A stretch of DNA of 64,000 nt from Lingula anatina (GCA_051362555.1 CM120641.1:13454001-13518000), one strand, 5' to 3'; numbered from the stretch's first letter, positions 25,001 through 39,023 are shown. Made by a program: numbers and translations. Notes: a model not told the origin generated them from the sequence alone.

Positions 25001-28000
25001 CTTCACTACTTTCACGGGGTTCTACAGAAGATATGGCTTCCTGAGGCGATACAGATGGCTCAACCTGAATACTGTTTGATGCAAAATCTGCCTGTGCAGT
25101 GTTACCACTTTCAGTTGTCTCTTCTACTGGCTGGATGCTGATGGATGACACTGCCTCAGTAAAGCTTGGACTTGATGGACCATCAGCAAAATAAAGGTCA
25201 TCAGGGTCCATTGGTATGGGTGTTCCATCTATCAATTCCATGGTGGTCCCATCAATGATGGTTGTTGAGTCCTGCTCCGTTGTAGTAGATGACACATCAG
25301 CAGAAGTTCCAAGAATTCCTTCCTTAATTATTTCCTTATCTTCTTCCTTTGTCATTTCAGGTTTTGGCTTGTCTTTCTCTTTTTCAATATCCGCCTTATC
25401 CGCTCCAGAGTCATCCAGTTTCATACCTTCAGCTACATCTTCTGGGGGTGATGGTGTATTGTCTTGAGACTCACCTGCCTTTTGACCTTCAGAAAATTCT
25501 TTGGTGGGATCAGGAAATCCTTTGTTAGGGTCAGGTGTGCCTTCAACTATTTTACCAGCTGAATCCTTTATATCTATCTGTTTTTCTTCTTCTGTCCTCT
25601 CTATTTCCAAAGGACCAGCTTTGTCTGGTATTTTCTGATCTGCATCAATGTCTGGCACTGAGGGAGATGCCTCTGGTGGGGCAGGTGTTGTTTCTTCAAC
25701 TGATGAGGGCTCAGACTTGTCTGAAGACTCAGAAATGCTGGCTTCCTCCTCAGTCTCACTTTCTTCCTCATAAGGTAGATCCTCTTGAGGTTGGTGACTC
25801 CCATCAAGTGGCTGAACTTCAGGTTGATGGCTTGCTTGATGTTGTTGACTTGCTCCAGGCTGTTGGCCTTCTTCAGGTAAATGACCTTTTGGAGGCGGCG
25901 TACTGCCTTGAGATGGTTGGACCTGTTCAAGTGGTTGTTGATCCTGTTGAGATGATTTGTCTTCTCTCTGATTATCTTTTGCTCCTGTGTTGTCTATTGC
26001 TTCTTGAGGTTCTTTGTCCTGGTTTGGTTTCTGTTCACCATCTTGTAAAGTTGGTGGAGGTATGATTGGTTGTGCATCTCCTGCTGGGGGGACAGTGGCA
26101 GTGTTCTCCTCTTGTGTTGGTGGTGTAACAATGGGGGTTGTTTCTGTAACTATGGGCTTCTCCTGGTGTTGTTGCTGTTGTTGTTGCTGCTCCTGCTGTT
26201 GTTGTTGTTGATTTGGTTCCTCACTCTGCTTTTCTTGCTGTTGTTTTCTCTGCTGCTGTTCTTGCTGTTGCTGCTTTTCTTGTTGTTCCTGAGGCTGCAG
26301 TACTTCAACTGTGGGTGTTGTAGCAACAACTGGTTGCTCTACAATAATTTGTGTTGTAGGTGTGGCAGAAGAGTCATCCACAACCAATGCATCTCCAGTG
26401 ATAGTGGATACAGTAATAGTGGGGGTGTCATCTGGTTCTGTTTGCTCAGGGGATTCAGTATCATGCACACTGTTTTCTTCCGCAGGCTCACTCTTAGTGG
26501 CTGTACTGTCAGGCTGGGTATCTGATTCTTGACCACCTGTCTCTTTGGTTTCTTCCATTGCTGGTACAGGTTCTAAAAAGGGCACAAAAGCTTTTTTAAA
26601 AGATGTGCTTTCTAAATTTGGTTTTTTAATGCACATTTATAAGAATTTAATTTTTATGTTTTTTATTTACTGACAAACTAAAGATAAAAACTGTTTAATT
26701 AAATTACTGCATGTTACTGGCATTAAACAAACTCTAAGACACATACCTTTCTCACTCTCTTGTGAACCTTTATGAATTTCCGGTTCTTTGGTTTTCTCTT
26801 CCAGTATTGCATTCAAATCTAAGGAAGCAAATATTTCCCACTAGTTTACATTAATTTAGAAATTACATAATTATTGATCAAGGTAAACAATATCAATAAC
26901 CACATTAAAAAGAGAAAATGTGATTTACTTGAATATTTTGTTTATTTACAAATAAGGGTATTTCTGCCAAAGTGCAGGCAAAGGCATATGCAATTTATGT
27001 CAGGCCCCTAAACTAAACATAAGGTCTATACTTTGTAGGCCTACTCAAAGTGAAGGCAGGTACATCTTTACATGAGATTTAACATACAACATAGTCACTA
27101 GAATCTTTAAACTTGTTTGGTTAAAATATGTTAACTTACGGTCTACATGCTCTTCTGCATATTCTTCTTCCACTGTTTCTCCATGTTGCAAGTGCTTTTC
27201 TCTAAGGCGTTCTAATGCTTCATCAGGGTCATGGTCATTATCTTTAAAAGTGTAACAGATCATCCATAGGTACATCTTTATAAAATTTTGGCAGTGAGGA
27301 GAGTACTCACGTTCCTCTAATGGGAACATCTAGTTATTCTTAAATTCAAACTGCATGAATAAACTTTCCCTCTCTACTTTCTTCATTTTTTCAGTGTCAA
27401 ACTGGCCCTGATTCAATGCCATTGATTACAAATGTGCAATTGGCAGATAAAAAGTTTCTTAAATTTTGAACTACCTGTTGCTGAATCTTGAGTCTCTCGC
27501 ACTTCATCTTGTTTCTAGGAAAATAACAAAATTATTGATATAAGCCTTCCATTTAAATGATCTCTTTCTTCAAACTGTATTAAAACACATGAAACACTAA
27601 ACTGTTTTTAAGATAACTCAATAATTATGAGATTATTGAATTACTGAGATAATTCAATAATCTCAAACTTAGTTTTCACTTTGTATTTTCTGCCATGAGA
27701 ATACAGTGTGATATTCATTTGTAGATATGAATTCAAGTGTTGTTCATCTCCAAGTGTTAGCCAGTAAACCATAAAGTCTATTTATTAATAAGATAAAAAC
27801 AATTTCTCTATGTGAAAAAAATTATATCACATCAATATGTTCATTCATACCCAAACACCACATGAATATTTTATACTAAAAGCATGAGCTCAAGTTAGGA
27901 AGTGTGAAAGCATGCAGGTTTAGACTGTTCAAGTGTTTACCTTTTCCTCTGAAGAGAACATTGATGTAAGTGAGCTCCATAGCCCTTTAGCTTCAGGCTG

Positions 28001-31000
28001 GAGGGGAGATATAAACATAAAGCCACTCAAAACATAAAAAAGAAAGTGTCACACTGCTTCTACCAACACAAGAAAATTACTTAGCATGTCAAGAAAACAT
28101 CATATTACATCACGGCACCTCAGATATCGTTTAAAATGTGAATGATTTCCCTCAAAGAAGAAAAAACAATGGCAATCAAATTTAAAATTCAACTTGGTAG
28201 TATAGAACCCTAGGTCATACTGTGGCAGCATTTTTACAACCTGCTTAGTGTAATAGATTAAAACGTCACCACATCCCACAGATATTTGTTCATATTTCTT
28301 GTTTTAGCAGAAGCTAGGATAACAAGGCAGCAAAGCTGTCAAATGTACAGACAAAAAGCAGGAAATAACAAAATAGGCTACTGTCAATTCTGATGCAAAA
28401 GTACATTATGTTAAACTGCAAATTCAACATCAAATTTTAATTATGCTCAACAGGTAATACCAATGTAAGTAAAATGTGAAACAAGCATAAGGCTTCAGGC
28501 CCATGGGAGTTCAAGTTCACACTTTGAAAATGTAAAACTTCCAGAAAAAGAAGTCAATTAGACTGCTTTTCCAACTCAGGCTGCATTTTAGTCCTGTATT
28601 TCTTTTTTGAAAGTTTGGCAATCATAAGTAACATGGTTTTCCCATAATGGTCATCATGGCAGCAGCACCCAAAATTGTGTTTTCTTCTATTCTGATGCAG
28701 TATTACATAATGGTTAACAGCATAATGACAATCAATTTTTAATAACAAAATATATGTATCATGGATTTTCAGAAAATGTGACTAGCCTGGGTCTTCAAGC
28801 CTGTGGAACTTCAAAGTCACACCTTGAAAATGCCAATATGTGAAAAATTAAATTTTCACAAAAAAACTGTTTATCTGGCATATTGCATTGCCTACTGAAG
28901 CTGTATTTTAGTCCCATGTTTCTTTCCTGTAAGTTTGAGAACAGTAAGTGACATGGTTTTTCTTAAAAGGTAATCATGGGAGCAGTGCCCAAAATAGGTT
29001 TTTTTCAAATTTTGATGCAATATTACATAATGTTTAACAGCATAATGACCATCAACTTTTAATAATAAAATATTAGTATCATGGATATTCAGAAAATGTG
29101 ACTAGCAAAGGTCTTCAGGCCCATGGAACTTCAAAGTCACTACTTGAAAATGCCAAAATGTAAACAAGACAGCACTGTTCTGAAATGTTTTTTTTCCCAT
29201 TTCTAACAATTTTTAACATAAAATTAACAGTTTACTGCCATTTTTATATGATCAACTAAGAAAATTGATGAGATGAGAAAAGTATCAATAGAGCAGTGTT
29301 AAATGTCCAATTTCTTCCATTCTGAGATTCTGAACATAGTGAATGATTGAATCTGACAAATTGCAATGATATGAGTTTATTTCCATTTTTGAAACTTTAT
29401 TACACAAAACACGATAACATGTTTACCATCATTTTTACAAAATCAACTAACAATGTTGTAAAGATGCAGGAAATGTCAAACAAACACTTTCACGTATCTT
29501 ATTAGTTTAATAATGAGACTGTTAACATGCCTAAAAATTGAATCTGAGGAAATGTGAAAAAACAGCATACCTTCTAAAATAATGGCACGATTATGCTGAT
29601 TTACAAACTCAACCTGCATTTTAGTAAAATTGACCACTCCTGTGACTTTCATGACAATTGGCCCATCTGTTTTTCTTATATTGTGTTTACAGTGTTGCAT
29701 ATATGCTGAAAAGTGAAAAAACAGCATAACTGCTAAAATAGTGGCCCGATCATGCCGATTTTCGAACTTGATCTGCGTTTTAGTAAGACTGATTACTCCT
29801 GTGAGTTTCATGACAACAGGCCTATCGGTTTTCCTTGAAATGTGTTAACAGTGTTGCATATATGCTGAAAAGTGAAAAAACAGCATAACTACTAAAATAG
29901 TGGCCCGATCATGCCGATTTTCGAACTTGACCTGCGTTTTAGTAAGATCGATTTTTCCTGTGAGTTTCATGACAACAGGCCTATCGGTTTTCCTTGAAAT
30001 GTGTTAACAGTGTTGCATATATGCTAAAAAGTGAAAAAACAGCATAAATTCTACAATAATGGCCCGATCATGCTGATTTTCGAACTTGACCTGCGTTTTA
30101 TGAATATTAGTCAGCGCTGTAAATATAAAGCCAAAAAGTAAAACTGTCTTCCACTTATGGTGTTAATGCTGAAAGTGCACGGCGACGGCGACAGCGACGG
30201 CGACATGATCGGCGACGGCGACGACAGACGCAGGTGATGGCAATATGTACAGACACATCTGTGTCTGTACATAAAAATGTTAATAAAAGCAGTGGCTTAA
30301 GATAGTGTTAAAGAATGTAAAATTTCATAAAGGAAAGTTACAAATTTCTACAACCACCATGTTAGAACATTTAAAAGAAATTGTGAAATAAGTAATGGTA
30401 TAAAACATAATCACTTTTCTACAAATGTATCAAAAAAATTCTGATGAAGATAGCCATCTGTCCACTTTCTGTGCAATTTATTCCAGGTAACAGTCATGGT
30501 TATGTGATGTGAAGGAGACAAAATGACTGCACTTCCTTTGAAACAACCCAGTTAACAGTATTACCTCTACCCTCAGCATTGCTTCTCAACACCCTCTAAT
30601 TGATCTTTATTTGGCAATAAACTAATGATCCATAAAATCTTATATATTGGGCACACTGCTACAACAAACCTGTTGTTCAGTCTGATGAGTGTCAGAATGA
30701 GTCTCCTCTGGCTCTCCAGGTTCCTCTCTTACATCACCTGAAGGGGTGGTTGTGTCTAAAATAATTTTTAAAAATAGCTTGGATAGACGAAAGGCAACAT
30801 TTCTGAATATTACACACACTGAAGTATGTGTGCTCTTATACACACACATACAAACATACAGACAAAAATTCTTATCAATAATAATTGTAACTTATGGGGA
30901 TATTAACTACCTATTACTTACCAATATATTTACTATTTTATTAAGTGTCTTTGAGCAAATTATATGAATAATAATTCTGACTCAAGATCAGTAAAACTGA

Positions 31001-32196
31001 TATTTGCTTTTTCATTCTTATACTTTTTCAAAGAAAAAATATATATTTGTAATAAGCATGGAAAGAAAAATCAGATTTGTGGGGTTTTACATGAAAATAT
31101 TAGACATTTAAAAACTATTTAGATTATAATTACCTGGCTCTGTTTCAGGTAATTCTGTATCATATTCTTCATTACCATTTTGATTTTCTTCTCTCATTTC
31201 CTCATCCTCATCCTCTCCATCTTCTTCCTCATCATCATATTCTGTGTCACTATCATATTGTTCTTCATCATCCTCATTTTGTTGCTGCTGCTCTTTGTTA
31301 CCTTGCTGCTGTTGTTGCTGCAGTGGGTCCTGCTGTTGATCCTGCTGCGTGTGCTGCTGTTGTTGTTGATGCAATGGATCATGTTGTTGCTCATGCTGGT
31401 GATGTGATGGATCTTGATGTTGATGCAATGAATCTTGTTGAAGTTTTTGCTGCTGCTGGAATTGTTCCTGTTGCTGTGCTGGGTCCTGTTGATGTTCCTG
31501 TTGCTGAACTGGTTGATGCTGCTGCTGTTGTACTGTATCCTCCTGCTGTTGCTGCACTGTTTGTTGATGTTGTTGTTGTTGTTGCACTGGATCCTGTTGC
31601 TGTACTGGTTGATGTTGCTGCTGTTGCACTGGATCCTGTTGCTGTACTGGTTGATGTTGCTGCTGTTGCTCCACTGGATCCTGTTGCTGTTGTGCATTTC
31701 CTGGATCTAAGTCTGAGTTACTTTGCTGCTGTTGATTTTTCTGTTCTTGTTGATGCAACAACTGCTGTCTCACCAATTCTGCCTCCTGACGCCTACGTTG
31801 TGTTTCTGCAGCTACAATATCATCAACAGTCCCTTGTTCTGCCTGCTGCTGATGACCACTGTGATGTTCATGTCCTTCATTTAGTTGTTGTTGTTGTTGA
31901 TGCTGCTGTTGTTGTTTAGCATGGTCATGTCCAGTATGTATAGAGTGCTGTGGGTCACTTGTTTGAAGTTGGTCAGCTCCGGTAGAAGGCTGGTCTGACA
32001 ACTGATCAGGTTCCACTGGGGGTGCTTCATTTATTTGAGGTGGCTGCTGCTCCTGTTAAAGCAATGTGTACTTAAAAGTGCCTTTAGATACAGTTTGTAT
32101 CAGTTACTACCTTAAAAATTATAATTATTACATAATTAGTTATATTATCCTTTGGTTAAGTCTGCAGTATTAAAACCTTATCTCAAAAGGCCATAA

Positions 32197-32277
<81 letters not shown>

Positions 32278-33251
32278 TTTAAAAAAAAGAGCGAGATAAT
32301 GTGAACGACAGGACCTTACCTCAGTATGAACCACATGCTCTGGATTGTGTACATAAACTTTATATTCTGTTACAAAGGAACGAGGGAAGTAACCAAACTT
32401 TCCATTGATCTGAAATTGAGTAAGTTTTCAATTCTTTTTTTTTTTTTTTTGTTATGTTAATGCCAAGTCACTGACATTTTAAACATCTTGCAGAAGAAGA
32501 AAAGCATTAATTGAAATGTCTGTATTCTATCAGCAATGCTCAATCATACTGACAAAATGTTTATTGAAAAAAAAAAAAAAAGAGACAACTGTCAAAGTCA
32601 AAATACACAGGTAAGATCTCACAGGTATAACATTACATTTACACTGTACAAAAATGTCTGGAGACTCCAAAATTGCCACGAAATGAAATAATTTCTGTAA
32701 TGATTACCTCTCCACCCCAGAATTCAGGCCTATTTCCAGCAGATTTACTAGTTACTCTGACGACATGGTTGGGTTGGAATGACAGCAATCCTGGCTCTTT
32801 AGGATTATGTTTTCTTAATGTACGTACAAGAGAAATAGTACCTGCAAATCAATGAATAGTATGTGCTTTTTGAGTTGATATAGATAACAGTGTAAGTTTT
32901 TTCACAATTTTCATCACAAATTACGTGCAAGAGAAATAGTACCTGCAAACCAATGAAAAATATGCTTTTTGAGATGATACAGATAACACTAACAGTCCAA
33001 GTTTTTTTCATCATTTTTGAAACCCAACAAATCAATACAATTTTAAGTGATGAATAATCCATAAGAATGATGTGTGTATGCTGTGTAATTTTACTTTCCT
33101 GTTTTGCCAAGCACGTTTATAAATAAGTTAATGAGAAAGACTCATTTACAAAATGCCACCAGGGAGCAAAAGGTGATATGAAAATGGTGGTAGATAATTA
33201 ACTCCCATCATAATCAGTGCCTATTCAGTGGCAGATGTATCCAAGGTATCA

Positions 33252-33348
<97 letters not shown>

Positions 33349-36300
33349 GCATCCCTCCAGAAAGAAAGGAAATAGTAAATGAAGGATTAACAAGGCAGCA
33401 AAGCTGTCAAATGTTACTTTGAGAATAATAACTTATGTTAACTGGATAAGACTGAAGCTGGCAATTCTAATGATGATAATAGAGGCAGGTGATGGCTGAA
33501 TTTCTGGACATGATGTCTCTTCATAAAAAAATAAGAGAAAAAGGGAATTTTGTGTATGGTAAAACAGGACTTACTAATGTATTAAAGATGGGGCCTCCCA
33601 ACATCTTTTATGCCATCCTGGTCTTATTTTCTGTATTTATTTACTTGTAGTAAATTACAAGATATTGCAACAGCTTTAGACATCAAGCACATCCTTGAGC
33701 TTACACTCAAGTGTTTAGAAGCTATAAACTGTATAAATAATTCAATGTCAACAAAGGTATCCATAAGCAATTTCCTGTAATGTTCTCTGTCCATCCTTTT
33801 TTTTTTTTTTTCACAATTAAGATGAAAGGATATACAAAATTCATTCAATATCATAAATGTAGAAGAAAAATAAGAGTATATCCTACAACAAGGCAGCAAA
33901 GCTGTCAAATGTACAGACAAAGAACACAAAATAAAGATGCAAATAAGTGAAAAATTAAATTTTCACAAAAAACAGTTAAATTGCCAGAAAAATTTACCAA
34001 ACAGACTGCGTTGCCTATTGAAGCTGTATGTTAGACCCATGTTTCTTTCCTGTAAGTTTGAGAACAGTAAGTGACATGATTTCCCTTAAATGGTCATCAT
34101 AGGAGCAGTGCCCAAAATAGGGGTTTCTTCAAATTTTGATGCAACATTACATAATGTTTAACAGCATAATGACAATCAAATGTTATTAATAAAATATTAG
34201 TAACATGGACATTCAGAAAATGTGACAAGCAAAAGTCTTCAAGATCATGGAACTTTAAAGTCACACCTTGAAAATGCCAATATGTGAAAAATTAAATTTT
34301 CACAAAAAACTGTTTAACTGCCAAAAAAAAAAAAAAAAAAAAAAAAAACAGACTGCATTGCCTACTGAAGCTGTATTTCAGTCCCATGTTTCTATCCTGT
34401 AAGTTTGAGAACAGTAAGTGACATGATTTTCCTTAAATGGTCATCATGGATGCAGTGCCCAAAATGGGGGTTTCTTCAAATTTTGATGCAATATTACATA
34501 AGTTTAACAGCTTAATGACCATCAATTTTTAATTATAAAATATTTGTATCACAGATATTCAGAAAATGTGACTAGCAAAGGTCTTCAGGCCCATGGAACT
34601 TCAAAGTCACGCCTTGATAATGCCAAAATGTAAACAAGACAGCACTGTTCTGAAATGGGTTTATTTCCATTTTTAACACTTTTTTAACATAAAACAAAAT
34701 AAACATTTTACTGCCATTTTTATATGACCAACTAAGAAAATTGATGAGATGGAAAAAGTATCAATAGAACAGTGTTAAATGTCCAATTTCCTCCATTCTG
34801 AGATTCTGAACATAGTGGATGATTGAATCTGACAAACTGCAATGATATGAGTTTATTTCCATTTTTGACACTTTATTACACAATACATGACAACAAGTTT
34901 ACCATGTTTTTTACATAATCAACTGACAATGTTGTAAAGATGCAGGAAATATCAAACAAACACTTTTAGGCATCTTATTAGTTAAATAATGAGACTGTTA
35001 ACATGCCTAATAATTGAATCTGAGGAAATGTGAAAAAACAGTATAACTTCTTAAGTAATGGCCCGATTATGCTTATTTTCGAACTCAACCTGCGTTTTAG
35101 TAAGATTGACCACTCCTGTGAGTATAATTACAATTGGCCAATCCGTTTTTCTTATATTGTGTTATCAGTGTTGCATTTATATTGAAAATAGTGAAAAAAA
35201 CAGCATAAATTCCCTAAAAGTGACCCGATCATGCTGATTTTCGTACTTGACCTGCGTATTATGAATATTCATCAGTTCTGTAAGTTTCAAGTCAAAAGGT
35301 AAAATGGTTTTCCACTTATCGCGTTATCGGTGCTGCATATATGCTGAAAAAAGTGAAAAAACAGCATAAATTCCCTAAAAGTGACCCGATCATGCTGATT
35401 TTCGAACTTGACCTGCGTATTATGAATATTCATCAGTTCTGCAAGTTTCAAGTCAAAAGGTAAAATGGTTTTCCACTTATTGTGTTATCGGTAAAAGTGC
35501 ACGGCGACGACGGCGACGACAGCGACGGCAACGACAGACGCAGATGATGGCTATATGTACAGACACATCTGTGTCTGTACATAATAAAAAATTGCAAGTC
35601 TTGCATGAGATGGCAAGTGGCATTATTAGGACAAATCTTACTCCTATTCAATCTATTTATCTTGAGAGGTTAAAAAATATGGCAGTGTCTATCATAAAAG
35701 GGTTTCTATCCAGCTCATAACCTTTTTAATTTTTTACATTGCAACTCTATGCTTTTATTTGCTCAGGTAGTAAACCTTTTAATACAAACTTTCAGCTGTA
35801 AACATCAGCCATAAACCTTTTTAATACAAACTTTTAAAAACTGCTTTTAAAGTGTTTTCACACAACAACATTGTACAGGATAATTTTTACCAGATACTGT
35901 ATATTTGTTGACTAAATTAACCAAGATGCCAGGAGATTGGTTATTGGGAAGTTTAAAGTTTTGAAAAATAATGCAGCAATACCTAAAATGTTTGTTTCAC
36001 TTCACTTTTCAATATTAGACACAGAAGACTAGAAAAGCCAGTGGGTCAGAAGACTTTTGGCAAAGATTCATAAGTAATGTAATCTACTGCATTCTTAAAT
36101 TCTATTTGCACTTTCTGAGTTTTCTCACTTTTCTACTATTGGTTAAACAAGTTTTGTACTACACCAGTCATTCTGTGCTGTATCATGACCACTTTTGTTT
36201 CACCTCTGATCTAGTACTAGTAAGTTAAAACTGTGGGAAACTGAGATATTTCATGGTTGGGGGTCTTCTTTCTAGAAGAATTTTTAAGTTTTGTTCCTGG

Positions 36301-37370
36301 CCAATATTATAACACCATGGGACACGACTTCACAAGGGTAGTTTTGGAATTTTGCCTTAAGGAAAACGGGGAGTCTACTAAAAAACTTCAGAATATAGAG
36401 TCATTATTATTATTACTACTAATCTTTAATTTTTTTTTTGGGGGGGGGGGGGGGGCGGGGGAGCTCAATCTTGGGGAAAATTGGAAGAACTTTATTTCTT
36501 CTTCACTCTAACTACTTAATTCAATAGACCTCTGTTTTTTGGGGGTTTTTTTTGGGGGGGGGAGAGGAGATTTTTTCTGCACAGAACTCATTTTTGCAAA
36601 GAAAATTAGTAGGGAAGGGAGAATCTGTTGGCCACTGTTGTAGGTATCTTGGGATAATATCAGGTGTGGGTATCCAGACTAGGGTGGTACAAGAAAATAG
36701 GGTTCCCAGTAAAAAGGCAAGCACCTCCTGCAGCATGGCCTTCTTCCTAGGTGCTATGCTGCAAAGCTTTAAGGATGCGTTCATACTCTTTTTAAGTGAA
36801 ATAACCCACAATTTACCCAAGCTCACACACAGGAGGACCAAGCAATTCATACTGAGTATCAGAAGCAATTTTATCTATATTTGCAGAAGAAATGCTCTGT
36901 AACTAACCCACAGTATCGTTACATCAAAGATTTATATTACGGTGGGGTACGTGTTAAAGGAAAACCTGACTATTCACCCGATGCAAATTAACTCATTCAC
37001 TCTGGTTTAGTTATGAAAGAGGTGTGAGTGCATTTAGAGTATTACGACTAACAACAGTTTCCTTCTTGCATCGCTTCTTAGATTGGGTGTCCGGGCTTCT
37101 TGGGACACAGTAAAATTAACAGTAAAATGAACGTGTTGAGCTCCGAGAACCCACTGGACTGTAGCAGTTACCACCAAAGTCACTCACCGATGCTATAAGT
37201 TTTACTGCTTTAGACAAACTAAAAGGTTCAATCCAGTCACTCAACTTAGTACACTCACCTTCGCAGTTAGGATCAGCACACAAGCGAAGATTAGATATTT
37301 TTTGGGATTGAGATAAGTGAAGTGAAGCTAAAAACATAGTTAACAGCAGCCCTTTCATGCGGGCTGCCAT
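16063..37370 (-). CDS. MIA3: TANGO1 (MIA3/cTAGE5 family) ER-exit-site cargo receptor, about 29 exons
   Basis: Signal peptide plus SH3-like MOTH domain (LCADPNCE 37370-37259; [14 protein letters not shown] 32841-32708; INGKFGYFP 32409-32320). Long Q/E-rich lumenal exons at 32052-31134 and 26572-24276. Membrane exon [24 protein letters not shown] (about 24056-23928). Coiled-coil exons include [12 protein letters not shown]|LAARKAER. Proline-rich domain about 17153-16642. Last exon [10 protein letters not shown] with stop at 16063-16065. Confidence 0.92.
22841..23066. repeat. Diverged tandem duplication of about 110 bp in a TANGO1 intron
   Basis: The unit aacataatcagtg...aaggtc.cct...actgcagttttac.aaaac occurs twice. 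Confidence 0.6.
28321..30273. mobile_element. Helentron-like non-autonomous element, family B copy 1
   Basis: 5' end aacaaggcagcaaagctgtcaaatgtacagac. 3' end has a (cggcga)n microsatellite then the palindrome tatgtacagacac-atct-gtgtctgtacata. Internal 159-bp repeats (anchor at 29701, 29860, 30019). Confidence 0.75.
32198..32273. repeat. (AT)n microsatellite
   Basis: Uninterrupted AT run. Confidence 0.95.
32821..33020. repeat. About 100-bp tandem duplication copying the TANGO1 exon-2 acceptor and exon start
   Basis: acgt(a/g)caagagaaatagtacctgcaaa.caatgaa occurs at 32822 and 32923. Confidence 0.8.
33254..33344. repeat. (AT)n microsatellite
   Basis: Uninterrupted AT run; source of the spurious YIYI ORF. 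Confidence 0.95.
33887..35583. mobile_element. Helentron-like non-autonomous element, family B copy 2 (a lone 5' end also at about 33389)
   Basis: Same 5' end, internal blocks, (gacggc)n microsatellite and identical 3' palindrome as 28321-30273. Confidence 0.75.
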
Positions 37371-37617
37371 CTTTCTTCAAGCACACGTCAACACAGAATG
37401 TGCCGCCACCTATCCATATGTGTCCTATTTTACAATTGTGAAAGATCCCACTGTTTGAGCGGGTTTAGTTAGACCAATGGAAACTTCCATGGTTAGACTA
37501 TGCCTTCAGTGGGTTGGTGCCCACTGAGGCTAAAGGAGTTTATATAGTATGTTTAGGGTTATATATTTTGTTCTAGATTGGTTGATTGCCTGGCTTGTTT
37601 ACAGGTTTTTGGAGTTA

Positions 37618-37657
37618 TTATAGCCAAGGAGTTACAACAATTACTCCTTGTTATAGC
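37618..37657. mobile_element. 26-bp palindromic mini-element or transposon footprint with 7-bp target-site duplication
   Basis: ttatagc [caaggagttacaacaattactccttg] ttatagc. Confidence 0.55.
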
Positions 37658-38799
37658 AGAGCACTAAAAAATTTTGTATTATTCGCTTAGCCAAATCACA
37701 ACTCATTAATTAATTATTTTGTCTCCAAATTGACTAAACAAGCAAAAAAAAAAAAAAAAAAAAAAAATCGAGTGACTAATAATATTACGATTATGTAATC
37801 TTTTTAAATTCGGCGAATACACAGTTGCACATTTTCTCGGTGAATAACTCCTACAGAACAGAATTGAAATTCTGGGTAAATAAAGTGTTTTATTTATTGG
37901 AATATTAGTGTTGTAAGAGGACAACACATCGTAGCTGTTTAGAAATAATTAGTGGCGCATGTCTATCTATTTAGAAGCTTAATTATTGCTTTCATCTAGA
38001 TTACTTGCAAGTGAATAAAGGAAACAAAATCGAGATCGACCCGGAGTTGGCTGGCCGGCGTCAACTGCAAAAGTAGGAACGCTGTCAACGCTCTGTAATG
38101 CCGACCGCCTCGTCCCATTTGTAATTGATATAGGCCCGTCGTGTCGCAGTAAGGTGATTCGTTGCACGTTGATATGGGTTTGTTGTTAGCTCGCCTACGT
38201 GTCGCAGGAACTTTGTAACAGAAGCGCCCAGTCGTCCCTATCAAGAGTCGATATAGGCCGGTCATTAGCTCACCCGCGACGCGTCGCAGTAAGTGTGTAA
38301 CGAAAACAACGATATCAACCCACAGCACTGGACTTCTGATATCCAATCGTGCAAAGTCTAAACTCAGAAGAGTGCACACCTGAAAGTATCCATTTTGGAA
38401 AAAAATTCATTTGATACTTAATTATCACATCATATAGAATCATAGGTAGGCCTACAGGGAAATAAAATGTGATAGGGGGCCTACATTAATTAGGCCTATT
38501 TGAGTGAATTTTAGTAGGCCTACTAGAATCCAGGATGTGTTGTAATGTATATATATATATATATATATATTCAAGGAGGTCGGTGGGCTTCACCCCAGAA
38601 CCCCAAAATACTACCAACTATAGGCCTACTGTCACTCCTTTTTTCTGGAAAATCCAATATTGCTTAAGTGATAGTTATTTTTACTCAAATGGTAGGCCTA
38701 TATGTTTAAATTCATATTTAAATAGTGTAATAGAAATCTTAGGCATGATGTGGTACCAAAGATGTCACATTTAGTCTCGAGTTTAATTGCCGACTGTTT

Positions 38800-39023
38800 A
38801 AGTGCCGACTATCGCCCCCTTGCCATGTGGGTTTCGGGGCCTGCTGAAGGAGAGGTGTTTTGGAGACCAAACACTGCCCTTTTCTTCATTTTAGAACTAT
38901 AATTTAGTTAGTCAAAAGTCTAATTTCAAGAGGGGAATATTGGTGCGATATATTTTTCAGAAATCGAAGGGGGGGGGTGGTGTTGACTCCCTCTGACCCC
39001 CCCCCCCTCTAAATCCGCCACTG
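38800..39023. repeat. GC-rich interspersed repeat, copy 2
   Basis: Blocks shared with the 13962 and 41772 copies; ends aaatccgccactg. Confidence 0.6.

Noticed and set aside
24512-31919. Many overlapping Leu/Val/Cys-rich ORFs
   Set aside because: Alternative-frame or antisense shadows of the low-complexity TANGO1 exons.
37970-38380. CpG-rich tract with 62- and 127-aa ORFs and repeated gtcgcag motifs
   Set aside because: Looks like a MITE fragment or promoter-distal CpG patch, but I could not define termini or a protein family.
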